DNA of 61,351 nt. Origin: an archaeon. Its GTDB lineage: Archaea > Nanobdellota > Nanobdellia > Woesearchaeales > GW2011-AR9. The notes beneath the pieces were generated by a model, which saw only the letters and a list, made by a program, of their open reading frames with translations, ran no database searches and had not been told where the DNA came from. Below are positions 1-8,384 of the stretch, piece after piece. Numbering within the stretch: position 1 is the first letter of the stretch; the number at the start of each line of letters is the position of its first letter. Both the position numbers and the translations under genes were made by a program. The DNA lies in the NCBI GenBank assembly GCA_043812455.1, contig JBDRMB010000027.1, positions 1-61,351 of the forward strand. The letters run 5' to 3'.

Positions 1-46
1 ACCAAAACATTTATATATGAACTTAAGTTTACATGTATGAACTAAA

Positions 47-580
47 ATGGATACATATAAACTTAACTTTACGAAACTAGAACAAGAGATTTTCTCATTA
101 CTCTGCATAAAAGCAGGAGAAAAACTGAGCCAAAGAGAGATAGCAATACTTCTGAAAGTCTCTCCCACTGCGGTCTCAAAGTCAATTAAGAACCTAAATG
201 AATTAATAAAGATTGAAAAGACCAAGACTATCAATTTCATCTCATTCAACAGAGATAACAGAGCAGCCATCGATATGAAAAGGGTTGAAAACCTAAAGAA
301 TATTTATTTATCGAAGTTATCAGAATATCTTGAAGAGGTTTTAGCAGGTGCAACAATAATTGTCTTTGGTAGTTATGCCAGAGGAGAAGATACAATAAAG
401 TCGGACCTTGACATTGCAGTTATCGGAAGAAAAGATAAGCTTTTGAAACTTCAGAAGTATGAAAAGTCTTTACAGAGAACAATCAATATCAATTTTTATG
501 ACAGCTGGAAAGATATACACACTAACCTTAAGAATAATATCTTGAATGGTTTCATCCTGCATGGGAGTGTTGTGTTATGA
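47..580 (+). CDS. HTH plus minimal nucleotidyltransferase (MntA-type antitoxin)
   Basis: N-terminal HTH (LSQREIAILLKVSPTAVSK); Pol-beta NTase motif VFGSYARGE...SDLDIAV; ATGA overlap with the downstream HEPN-like gene. Confidence 0.85.
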   Translation: MDTYKLNFTKLEQEIFSLLCIKAGEKLSQREIAILLKVSPTAVSKSIKNLNELIKIEKTKTINFISFNRDNRAAIDMKRVENLKNIYLSKLSEYLEEVLAGATIIVFGSYARGEDTIKSDLDIAVIGRKDKLLKLQKYEKSLQRTININFYDSWKDIHTNLKNNILNGFILHGSVVL

Positions 581-1008
581 AAGTTATAGGATCTTTTGAA
601 GATTATCTTGAAGAAGGAATTGTTAATAAAATATCTCCTGATCTGCAATGAGCATCCAGTTTAAAATCAGAAGCTGAAAGAAAATTTAATTTGCTTGAAA
701 AGAACATAGAAAAGTTAGGCATAGATGATGATAATGCTAATGATTATGTAGAATATTGTTATAATATTATCATGTTCGTGATAAGAGCAGAAATGTTTTT
801 AGCAGGTTTCTCAAGTTCAGGGAAAGGTGCTCATGAAGCAGAAGTTGCTTTTACGAAAAGATTAAACTTTTCAGAATCAGAGATGAGGTTTCTTGACCAA
901 TTAAGATATTTCAGGAATGGAATTTTATATTACGGGAAAAGGTTCGACAAAGAGTATGCTGAAAAGGTGATTGGATTTCTGAAAGAACTTTATTCTCGTT
1001 TGAGTTAA
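577..1008 (+). pseudogene. HEPN-like protein interrupted by an in-frame TGA at 649-651
   Basis: ATG at 577 overlaps the MNT stop; the frame reads MKVIGSFEDYLEEGIVNKISPDLQ*ASSLKSEAERKFNL and continues into the 691-1008 ORF, which has GAHEAE and LRYFRNGILYYG (HEPN-like R-N motif). Confidence 0.7.
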
Positions 1009-1019
1009 AGAAAAAAATA

Positions 1020-1033
1020 TGGGACTGCAGGGA
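1020..1033 (-). other. Orphan tRNA-like 3' end
   Basis: Minus strand reads TCCCTGCAGTCCCA then TATTTTTTT; 10/14 identical to the 3' end of the nearby tRNA-Phe (TCCCACCGTTCCCA). Confidence 0.4.
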
Positions 1034-1073
1034 CCCACATACCCACTGGTCAAGTATACAAATTGTATATAAA
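1034..1073 (+). promoter_or_regulatory. 22-bp conserved box plus TATA box, copy 1
   Basis: CCCACATACCCACTGGTCAAGT, 9 bp, then GTATATAAA; the same arrangement occurs at 37362 and 44461. Confidence 0.7.
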
Positions 1074-1091
1074 TAAGTTAATCTCACATAA

Positions 1092-1136
1092 TATCACTCT
1101 TTGTTTTCTTAATTAGCGAAAAACAAAGAGGTGATA
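1092..1136 (+). promoter_or_regulatory. 5'-UTR hairpin sequestering the Shine-Dalgarno of the LAGLIDADG gene
   Basis: TATCACTCTTTGTTTT (1092-1107) pairs with AAAACAAAGA-G-GTGATA (1120-1136), 16 bp with one bulge, covering GAGGTGAT. Confidence 0.6.
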
Positions 1137-1140
1137 AAAT

Positions 1141-1857
1141 ATGAAATTTGATGTGAAAAATGTAAATTTAAGCTATTATGATAAGAAAATTGGACTAATT
1201 CTTCCAGAATGTCCTTCATGCGAATTAGCAGAGTTTATTGGAATTCTTACTGGCGATGGTTATATGAATAAATATGGAAAATACTTTTCTATTGTAGAAA
1301 TTGTTGGAGATCCTAGGTTTGACAAAGCATATTTAGAAAATCATGTTACAAATATGATTAATAATTTATTTAACTTGAAACCAAAAGTAGATTTCAAGAG
1401 AACTCAAAACCTAATGAGCATAAGATTGATGTCTAAAGGATTGAATAATTATCTTGAATTGGTTGGTTTCAAGTCTGGGAAGAAAGGTCAAATCGGAATT
1501 CCTTCTTGGATTTTAGAAAATGATGAATATATGAAATTTTTTATAAAAGGTTTAGTTGACACTGATGGGTGTTTAACTTTGCTTAACAGAAAGCATAAAA
1601 ATTTTAATTTTTATCCAAGAGTACAAATAACCTCAATTAGTAAATCATTAATAGATGATGTTGGGACATGGTTAAGTAATCAGGGATTTTCTGTATGTTT
1701 AATGAAAGACTGTGGAAAAAGAACATACAAAGGGGTAACTAAAATTCACGAAGGTTATCGATTTAATATTAATGGTTATACACAACTTCAGGTTTGGATG
1801 AATCTTATTGGTTTTAGAAATAAGAGACATTTAGATAAATATGAAAAGTTAAAATAA
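1141..1857 (+). CDS. Free-standing double-motif LAGLIDADG endonuclease
   Basis: Motifs LAEFIGILTGDGY and FIKGLVDTDG; no intein splicing termini evident. Confidence 0.85.
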   Translation: MKFDVKNVNLSYYDKKIGLILPECPSCELAEFIGILTGDGYMNKYGKYFSIVEIVGDPRFDKAYLENHVTNMINNLFNLKPKVDFKRTQNLMSIRLMSKGLNNYLELVGFKSGKKGQIGIPSWILENDEYMKFFIKGLVDTDGCLTLLNRKHKNFNFYPRVQITSISKSLIDDVGTWLSNQGFSVCLMKDCGKRTYKGVTKIHEGYRFNINGYTQLQVWMNLIGFRNKRHLDKYEKLK

Positions 1858-1861
1858 AAAA

Positions 1862-1995
1862 TGGGAACGGTGGGATTTGGACCCACAACTTCCAGATCTT
1901 CAGTTTCACCAAAGATATTGAATCCAATACCTTACTGGCGCTCTTTTCTGCAAATGCAGAAAATTTGCAATTGTCCCAGATTAAGCTACGTTCCC
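1862..1995 (-). tRNA. tRNA-Phe(GAA) with two introns (D-loop and 30/31, about 30 nt each)
   Basis: Acceptor GGGAACG/CGTTCCC-A; spliced anticodon arm CCAGA-CTGAAGA-TCTGG; T arm GTGGG-TCCAAAT-CCCAC; both introns form hairpins, and the 30/31 intron has BHB-like geometry. Confidence 0.85.
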
Positions 1996-2045
1996 AATAA
2001 AAGCAAAATAGTTCTAAGCTATTTATAAGTATTTTGGTAAAAGAA

Positions 2046-2993
2046 TTAACTGTTTCTCTTATCTGGAGCAGGACACTTAAGACCTAACTTCTTGTAAATC
2101 TCTTCCTCTGTCTTGCCAGCTACCCATTTCTTGTCCTTCAGAGTAAACAGACCGTACTCATTTAACGTATAACATTTACCTAAAGCAATTTTTCTTAACT
2201 TGATGTTATGGGCCTTGTCACCAGTAAAATATTGCAGAGCAGCACCAAACTCTTTCTCCTTGACAACCCGTAAATCAACTTGCAAATTACTTTTCAAACG
2301 GATAGAACTTTTAGTAGCTCCTTTAGCCAATATATCTTTCTTATCCGGATATGAAACAAAAGCTTCCATAACTTTTTTTGGTTGAGTTGAAACTATCAAC
2401 AAATCTAAATCACCAACAGTTGCTTTCTTCCTACGATAAGAACCAGCAACTTCAATCCGTTTAACAAAAGATTTAGCTTTGAAATATTTAACGATATTAT
2501 CAGCAATAGGAACCATCTCAGCATAAAGATAACGTTTAGGTTTAGATTTAGCAATTTCAATACCTTTGAGAATATTTTGTTCAGTCTTTTCACTGAACCC
2601 TTTCAACTCTTGAATCTTACCAGCTTTAGCAACACGTTCCAAACTTTTCAAATCCTTAACCTTCAACTCTTCAAACAAAACCTTGATCTTCTTCGGACCT
2701 AAAGTAGGTACTGCGTCCAACTCATCCAAATTGATCTTGTACTGTTTCTGTAACTTCTCATAATGTTTGATCTTGCCAGTTTTAATGTACTCAGCAACCT
2801 TTGAAGCAATACTTTCTCCCACGCCAGGAATATCTTCAAGCTCACCACGTTTATACATTTCTTCAATATCTTCATTCAATAATTCAATCTCTCTAGCAGC
2901 GTGATGGTATGCTTGCGGTTTGAACGGAACATTCTTCATTTCCAGAATTGTAGCTATGTTGTGCAAGATCCGGGCTATTTCAAAGTTTTTCAT
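2046..2993 (-). CDS. polX: DNA polymerase X family protein (no PHP domain)
   Basis: N-terminal 8-kDa/HhH region (IPGVGESIA, VPTLGPKK), GSYRR..GDLDLL, VDLRVV, YFTG motifs. Confidence 0.9.
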   Translation of the reverse strand: MKNFEIARILHNIATILEMKNVPFKPQAYHHAAREIELLNEDIEEMYKRGELEDIPGVGESIASKVAEYIKTGKIKHYEKLQKQYKINLDELDAVPTLGPKKIKVLFEELKVKDLKSLERVAKAGKIQELKGFSEKTEQNILKGIEIAKSKPKRYLYAEMVPIADNIVKYFKAKSFVKRIEVAGSYRRKKATVGDLDLLIVSTQPKKVMEAFVSYPDKKDILAKGATKSSIRLKSNLQVDLRVVKEKEFGAALQYFTGDKAHNIKLRKIALGKCYTLNEYGLFTLKDKKWVAGKTEEEIYKKLGLKCPAPDKRNS

Positions 2994-3040
2994 ATGAACG
3001 AAGAAAGAAATTAGAATATAAAAATGTAATTAAAAATTTA

Positions 3041-3164
3041 AGCAGTGCGCGAGCAGAAGTGTAGACAAACACTCTCTATAATTTTTCCTGAAGGAAAAAT
3101 GTTCGCGTTTAATCACTCCTTATGCTAGACGTTCCCGCCCACCTCCCCTTAGCAAGGCACTGCT
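3041..3164 (+). ncRNA. Candidate structured non-coding RNA
   Basis: GC-rich island closed by AGCAGTGC/GCACTGCT with four internal stems; G-U pairing favours the plus strand; no family recognised. Confidence 0.45.
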
Positions 3165-3173
3165 CTAGCAAAT

Positions 3174-5768
3174 TTATTCACTACAACTCTTGTAAACCTG
3201 CCCGTAAGCGTCTACTTTAAGTTCACAGGAGCCGCCTGAAGGTTCTTCCGAAACTGTTTCTGGGGTGGTTGGAGTGTTCTCAACCTCAGGCTCTGAAGAA
3301 CCTCCGGCGCTCTCTATGTTACGTTTCTCTGTATCTTTATCTGTGGAAAGGATCTGCTCACTTCGGGAATTGTCTCTGTACATCGTAACTCCCTTACAAC
3401 CAAGCCGATAAGCCAGATCATACAATCTCTTAGTTTCTTCCACCGTAAAATTCTGTGGGGTGTTAGCTGTTTTAGAAATTGAAGAGTCAGTCCATTTTTG
3501 TACTGCAGCTTGAACTTTAATATGTTCTTCAGGTTTCAGTTCCAAAGCTGTTACAAAATAATTTGGTAAAGTTCCATCATCACGGATGTACTGTTGTGCT
3601 AAAGGAATCTTAACTTTATGGAATCCTAACCTGGACTGTTGATAAAATTCAAATGCATAATAAGGTTCAACACCAGTAGAACTGCCCATCATGGTACCTA
3701 CAGTACCAGTTGGTGCTTGAGTAATCAAAGTAACGTTTCTGATTCCGTTTTCTCGGATCATGTTCTTGACATCTTCAGATAAAGTTTTTACAAAACCACT
3801 TTCAAGGAAATGTTCAGCAGAAAATTTTGGAAATGGTCCTTTTTCTTTAGATAACATTGATGATGATTTGTACATTTCTTCACAAATAAATTTGTAAATC
3901 TTGTCAATGAATTCTAAAGATTCGTTACTCCCATACCTTAACCTAAGTTTGATTAACATTTCTCCGATACCTAAAGTACCGCAACCTACTCTTCGTTCAG
4001 CTTTTTGATTTTCTTCATTTTCTTTGAAATGGTACGGAGTCAAATCAATTACATTATCTAAGAACCTATTAAGTGCCCAAGATGCACGTTTAAGTTCTTC
4101 CCAGTCAACATGATATAATGGACCTAAATTATCTTGACCAACTTGTTTTAGAAATGAGGCCATATATAGGTGACCTAAATTACATACTCCCCAACCAGGA
4201 AGACCTTGCTCACCGCACGGGTTAGTACAGATGATAGTATTAAAGTAATAAGAATTACTTAATTTGTTATACCTTTCAATGAAAACTATTCCAGGTTCAG
4301 CACTAGCATGTGCAGATTTAACAATTTGGTCCCATATGGTTCGTGCTTTAACGGTCTTGTAAACTTTTGTTGGAAGACCGTTCTTTTTCCATTCATCTAA
4401 ATTACCGTCCCAATCTTGTTGATAAATTTCTCTAGTTTCTTCATCTTCATAATCTGGAAATTCTAAGTTCCAGTTTTCGTCACGCATTACAGCGTCCATG
4501 AATTTGTCAGAGATTAAGATGGAAATGTTAGCATTTTCTATCATACCTTTTTGTCGTTTAGCGTTGATGAACTCTTCAACGTCAGGGTGCCAATCGTTAA
4601 GCATCAGCATCAGTGCACCACGTCGTGAACCGCCCTGTTCAATCAAACCTGTTGCATAAGAGAAGATTCCTCCCCATGATACTGCACCGGAAGATTTTCC
4701 GTGCACACCTTTAACATAAGCGTAACGTGGTCTTAATGAAGATAAATTAATTCCAGCTCCACCACCACGACTCATAATTTCTATCATCTGAAATAAAGAT
4801 TCTCTGATGATAGATTTTCTGCTATCTTTTGGACTTGGCAAGACATAACAGTTGAACAGGGTCAAGTTTTTAGTGTAAGCATCTTTACCCATACTGGCAC
4901 CGGTCATGATCCTTCCGGCCGGCTGGATATGTTTCTTCTGTAATTGGTACAAGAATTCTTTACTCCATTGTTCTTGCAGTTCTGGAGTTTGTTCCATAGT
5001 AGCAACAGCAGTAGCAACTCTTACATGAGCATCTTTGATAGATTCTATTGGCCGGTCGCATTTCCAGATAGTAGTTTTGAATTCGTGATTGTTAGATTTG
5101 TCAGCAAATTCGCCAGTTATCACGTGCAAAGTAACTTTGTCACCATTAATGTCTTTGATAATCCCTAATTCTTTTTTGGGAAATCTAGCATCTTCTCTGG
5201 TTAATGCTATTACTAAATCACCAATTTGAGTATTTTCTCGTTGATCTTTGATTGAATACCTGTCTAAGAAGATTGATCTTCCCAGTTCGTCAAAAGAAGC
5301 TGATTCCAATAAGATTCTTCTAGCTTGATTAGAAAGGGGGACATTCATAGATTCTATTAATTGAATTTCTTCAGTTGTTGTTGGAGTTTCTGGAACTTGT
5401 TCTACACTTTCAGGTACTGGTTCTAGTTCAACATTTTCTTCGTAATTTTCATATTCAGATTGATTACTGGCAGGTTCAAAAGCTAAATTATTTTTTTGAA
5501 TGTTATTGTCAAGTTCAGTACTTTCATCAACAACGTTCCTTAAAGAAGATTGTAATACTAATTGTATTAAAGCATCAAAATCTGCTTGAGAAGGTATAGT
5601 ACTAACAAATCGTTGACTTACCAGTTCAATAATATTTTTAGCAATATTTTGCGCTTGTTCGGCATTCAAGTTACTATGTTGTTGAATCTGTTCAGAAATA
5701 AAACCTAAAGTATCCTCGTAATTGAAGTCAGCTAGAGTTCCATCATTTAGCTGGATTTTTTCTATCAT
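3174..5768 (-). CDS. nrdJ: Class II (adenosylcobalamin-dependent) ribonucleotide reductase
   Basis: PAGRI, TLFNCYV, SRGGGAG, TNPCGEQ, QAPTG motifs; C-terminal Cys pair; degenerate ATP-cone-like N-terminus. Confidence 0.92.
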   Translation of the reverse strand: MIEKIQLNDGTLADFNYEDTLGFISEQIQQHSNLNAEQAQNIAKNIIELVSQRFVSTIPSQADFDALIQLVLQSSLRNVVDESTELDNNIQKNNLAFEPASNQSEYENYEENVELEPVPESVEQVPETPTTTEEIQLIESMNVPLSNQARRILLESASFDELGRSIFLDRYSIKDQRENTQIGDLVIALTREDARFPKKELGIIKDINGDKVTLHVITGEFADKSNNHEFKTTIWKCDRPIESIKDAHVRVATAVATMEQTPELQEQWSKEFLYQLQKKHIQPAGRIMTGASMGKDAYTKNLTLFNCYVLPSPKDSRKSIIRESLFQMIEIMSRGGGAGINLSSLRPRYAYVKGVHGKSSGAVSWGGIFSYATGLIEQGGSRRGALMLMLNDWHPDVEEFINAKRQKGMIENANISILISDKFMDAVMRDENWNLEFPDYEDEETREIYQQDWDGNLDEWKKNGLPTKVYKTVKARTIWDQIVKSAHASAEPGIVFIERYNKLSNSYYFNTIICTNPCGEQGLPGWGVCNLGHLYMASFLKQVGQDNLGPLYHVDWEELKRASWALNRFLDNVIDLTPYHFKENEENQKAERRVGCGTLGIGEMLIKLRLRYGSNESLEFIDKIYKFICEEMYKSSSMLSKEKGPFPKFSAEHFLESGFVKTLSEDVKNMIRENGIRNVTLITQAPTGTVGTMMGSSTGVEPYYAFEFYQQSRLGFHKVKIPLAQQYIRDDGTLPNYFVTALELKPEEHIKVQAAVQKWTDSSISKTANTPQNFTVEETKRLYDLAYRLGCKGVTMYRDNSRSEQILSTDKDTEKRNIESAGGSSEPEVENTPTTPETVSEEPSGGSCELKVDAYGQVYKSCSE

Positions 5769-5972
5769 CTACACCACCCCTTTTGATAATTAATTGTGAA
5801 AATTAATGATTTTTTGAAACTGCAGTGGTTTATATACTTTTTAGTTCTGCAAAATATAGAAAATAATAATCGTGAACAGATTTAACTTACAGAATAGCGT
5901 TTTGATTAAAATGTTTTAGCAACAGTTAGTTTATGGAACGATTTAAATTAAAATAAAAATATAAAAAAAGAA

Positions 5973-6098
5973 CTAATATCCGCGGCACTTTTTACAGTAG
6001 TACCTGTTAGCATTTTCAACTACTATTTTAGAACCGCAACCTTTGCAACACCGCTGGATTTTAAATTTTTTAACTTCTTGAAAAACGTGTTGTTTCAT
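5973..6098 (-). CDS. 41-aa Zn-ribbon-like small protein (not in the ORF track)
   Basis: MKQHVFQEVKKFKIQRCCKGCGSKIVVENANRYYCKKCRGY*; CxxC...CxxC; GAGGT SD-like sequence upstream. Confidence 0.6.
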   Translation of the reverse strand: MKQHVFQEVKKFKIQRCCKGCGSKIVVENANRYYCKKCRGY

Positions 6099-6305
6099 TT
6101 ACATCCAACCTCTTTTTAGAACACCTTGCCTCTTAACTCAAAGCGTTAACTTTATATAGAATTACCACTAGTATATATATGTTTCTGTTGTTTAGACGTT
6201 GAATTAGACTATAATTACATATTTTCTGAGAAATTCATTTAACGCACATGGTTCTTTTTTTTAAGTGTTAGGTGTAATTTTTCAAGTCGAAAATTGATCT
6301 GGAGT

Positions 6306-7199
6306 TTAATAATAAGAAATCGATACAATACCTGCTATTATGATTGCTAAAGCAAAATATTGTTGTAACTTTAGCTTTTCTTTGTAGACAATCTTACCAT
6401 ATAAAGTAGCAATCAATGGATTAGCAAAAGCAATAGCAGCGATAATACTAACATTATAATTTTGAATTCCCATGTTAAAGAATAGTGTCCCTGCCCCTCC
6501 AAATAATGCTACCAAGAAAGTGTATAAGATCATTTTTTTATTTTTAATTGCAAATGTGCCTTTCTTGAATTTGTTTGTAAATAAATTGTGAACTCCACTG
6601 TAGATTAAAATTTCAAATTCTATCAGGAATGAGGTTAAGATCGGGCCAAGGACGTTTACTGGTATCTTGAACAGGAAAAATACCAAACCCCAGAGGATGC
6701 AGGTGATCAAAGCATAAGGTACTCCACTTGACATTTGAAACAGATGTGAACTCTTAAATTCTTTGAAGTTAATCGACATTAAGATTATTCCTAAAAGTAT
6801 AATGATGATAGAAATTCCCTGCATTAGAAATAATCTTTCACCGAAGAAGATGATTGAGAGAATCACAGTAAAAAATATCGAAGAATTTGCAATAGGAGAA
6901 ACAATACCAACTTTACCAACTTCTAATGATTTATAGAACGTTAGTAATGGTAAATATCCAACAAAAGCGATTCCAAAAGTTATAAGGATGAAGTTTAGAG
7001 AGAAGTTAGCTTCTTTCAGGAAAGATAATAAAATAATCAGAAGAATAGTGCTAATAAAAAGTCCTCTGTAAAATATTGTTTTTTTGTTACCAATTTCTTG
7101 GTTTGGAACTTTTGCAATTGCATTACTTAATCCATAACCAATCATAGAAATGATTGCAAATATTATTCCAGCTGGTAAAGTCATAGTACTGAGAACCAA
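6306..7199 (-). CDS. EamA/DMT family transporter
   Basis: About ten hydrophobic segments in two repeats; YKSLEVGKVGIVSPI and VYKEKL signatures. Confidence 0.9.
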   Translation of the reverse strand: MVLSTMTLPAGIIFAIISMIGYGLSNAIAKVPNQEIGNKKTIFYRGLFISTILLIILLSFLKEANFSLNFILITFGIAFVGYLPLLTFYKSLEVGKVGIVSPIANSSIFFTVILSIIFFGERLFLMQGISIIIILLGIILMSINFKEFKSSHLFQMSSGVPYALITCILWGLVFFLFKIPVNVLGPILTSFLIEFEILIYSGVHNLFTNKFKKGTFAIKNKKMILYTFLVALFGGAGTLFFNMGIQNYNVSIIAAIAFANPLIATLYGKIVYKEKLKLQQYFALAIIIAGIVSISYY

Positions 7200-7234
7200 T
7201 CAGAGGATTATAAAACTTTCTGAGAGAATAAAAG

Positions 7235-7918
7235 TTAAAAGATGAAAATATAAGAAGCAACACCCAATACTACCATTGCTAACCAAATGTATCTGTTCCA
7301 GTAGAGGATCTTTTTACCATCAAAGTTACCAAATGGAATCATGTTGAACAAACCTAAAAACATATTGATAAATGCACCTATTGAAAATATTTTACTTAAT
7401 GTAGGAAATAAAAATAATAATCCTAAAAATATCCCTGCAAGGGTATAATTAGTTAACGGTCCTGCTAAACTTATGATTCCATTTTCTTTTCGAGTAATAT
7501 GTCCGGCAATCATCACTGCACCAGGGGCAGCGAAAATAAAACCAATTACAACAGCCAGGCCTAAAGCAAGGTATAACATCTGGTCAAATGCACGGAATTC
7601 TGCGACACAGCCATACTTCTGTGCGACAAATTTGTGTGCAAGTTCGTGAAATAAAAATCCAAGACCAGCAGTAAATAGGGAGATTCCAAATATAATTAAA
7701 AACTGAAAAGTAAAAATATTACTTAATGAACTAAAACCTCCTCTAAATAAACTAATATCAAAACCTAAGAAGTTTGGTGCTAACACAATTGCAAATGCCA
7801 ACGATAACACTACCCAGGCTTTCAGGATATCGATAAGTTCAATCTTGGAAGTTTTGATAGGTCCAAGTTTGAAAGATTTGTTAGTACGATATTGTTGATC
7901 AGGGTTTGGTGGATACAT
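7235..7918 (-). CDS. M50 (site-2) intramembrane metalloprotease
   Basis: HELAH, AGPLTN and FNMIPFGNFDG motifs. Confidence 0.9.
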   Translation of the reverse strand: MYPPNPDQQYRTNKSFKLGPIKTSKIELIDILKAWVVLSLAFAIVLAPNFLGFDISLFRGGFSSLSNIFTFQFLIIFGISLFTAGLGFLFHELAHKFVAQKYGCVAEFRAFDQMLYLALGLAVVIGFIFAAPGAVMIAGHITRKENGIISLAGPLTNYTLAGIFLGLLFLFPTLSKIFSIGAFINMFLGLFNMIPFGNFDGKKILYWNRYIWLAMVVLGVASYIFIF

Positions 7919-7995
7919 CTTTTATTTAGAATTGAGCAGTATTTATTAAAGTATTCCTTAACTCAATGAATGATAGAAAATCTCTGATTTTTACT

Positions 7996-8271
7996 TTACT
8001 CTTCTTCCTGCTTACTCTCTTCATCATCGTCATCTTCTTCAACGACGGGAACTTTTTCTTTCTCTTCTCCAACTTCTGCTTCTTCATTAAGCCTTCCTAA
8101 ATCAATTTTTTCTAATAGGAACTTTTTCAATCGTTGTGCTTCTTCTTCAACTTTGACTAACACAGAAAGATCACTGAAATTTTCTTCTGCACATTCTTGA
8201 CAATAATAATCGCTAGTGTCTTTAATCTTGAACTTAGCTTCTTCACTGCAAATAATACATTTTTTTGGCAT
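7996..8271 (-). CDS. Small Zn-finger protein with acidic tail
   Basis: CIIC...CQEC; E/D-rich C-terminus. Confidence 0.7.
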   Translation of the reverse strand: MPKKCIICSEEAKFKIKDTSDYYCQECAEENFSDLSVLVKVEEEAQRLKKFLLEKIDLGRLNEEAEVGEEKEKVPVVEEDDDDEESKQEEE

Positions 8272-8384
8272 CCGGTAACCTCAAATTAAATTTACTTTAA
8301 AAATATTTCTTTTCCTCACTTATGAAAACCTTTTTTTTAATAGAATAAGCACAGGACTTGCATATGAATTGATGCTAACCTTAA

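Noticed and set aside
649-651. TGA reassignment (alternative genetic code)
   Set aside because: Many clear genes here end in TGA (MNT, rlmH, trpS, xseA) and I saw no other internal TGA in conserved genes.
1141-1857. LAGLIDADG ORFs as inteins or intron-encoded proteins
   Set aside because: They are not embedded in a host protein, and the adjacent tRNAs fold completely without including the ORFs in an intron.
3041-3164. 5S rRNA, SRP RNA, RNase P RNA or cobalamin riboswitch
   Set aside because: None of the conserved sequence signatures of these RNAs are recognisable on either strand.
3174-5768. Intein in the ribonucleotide reductase
   Set aside because: Catalytic motifs are contiguous and no splicing or endonuclease motifs are evident.
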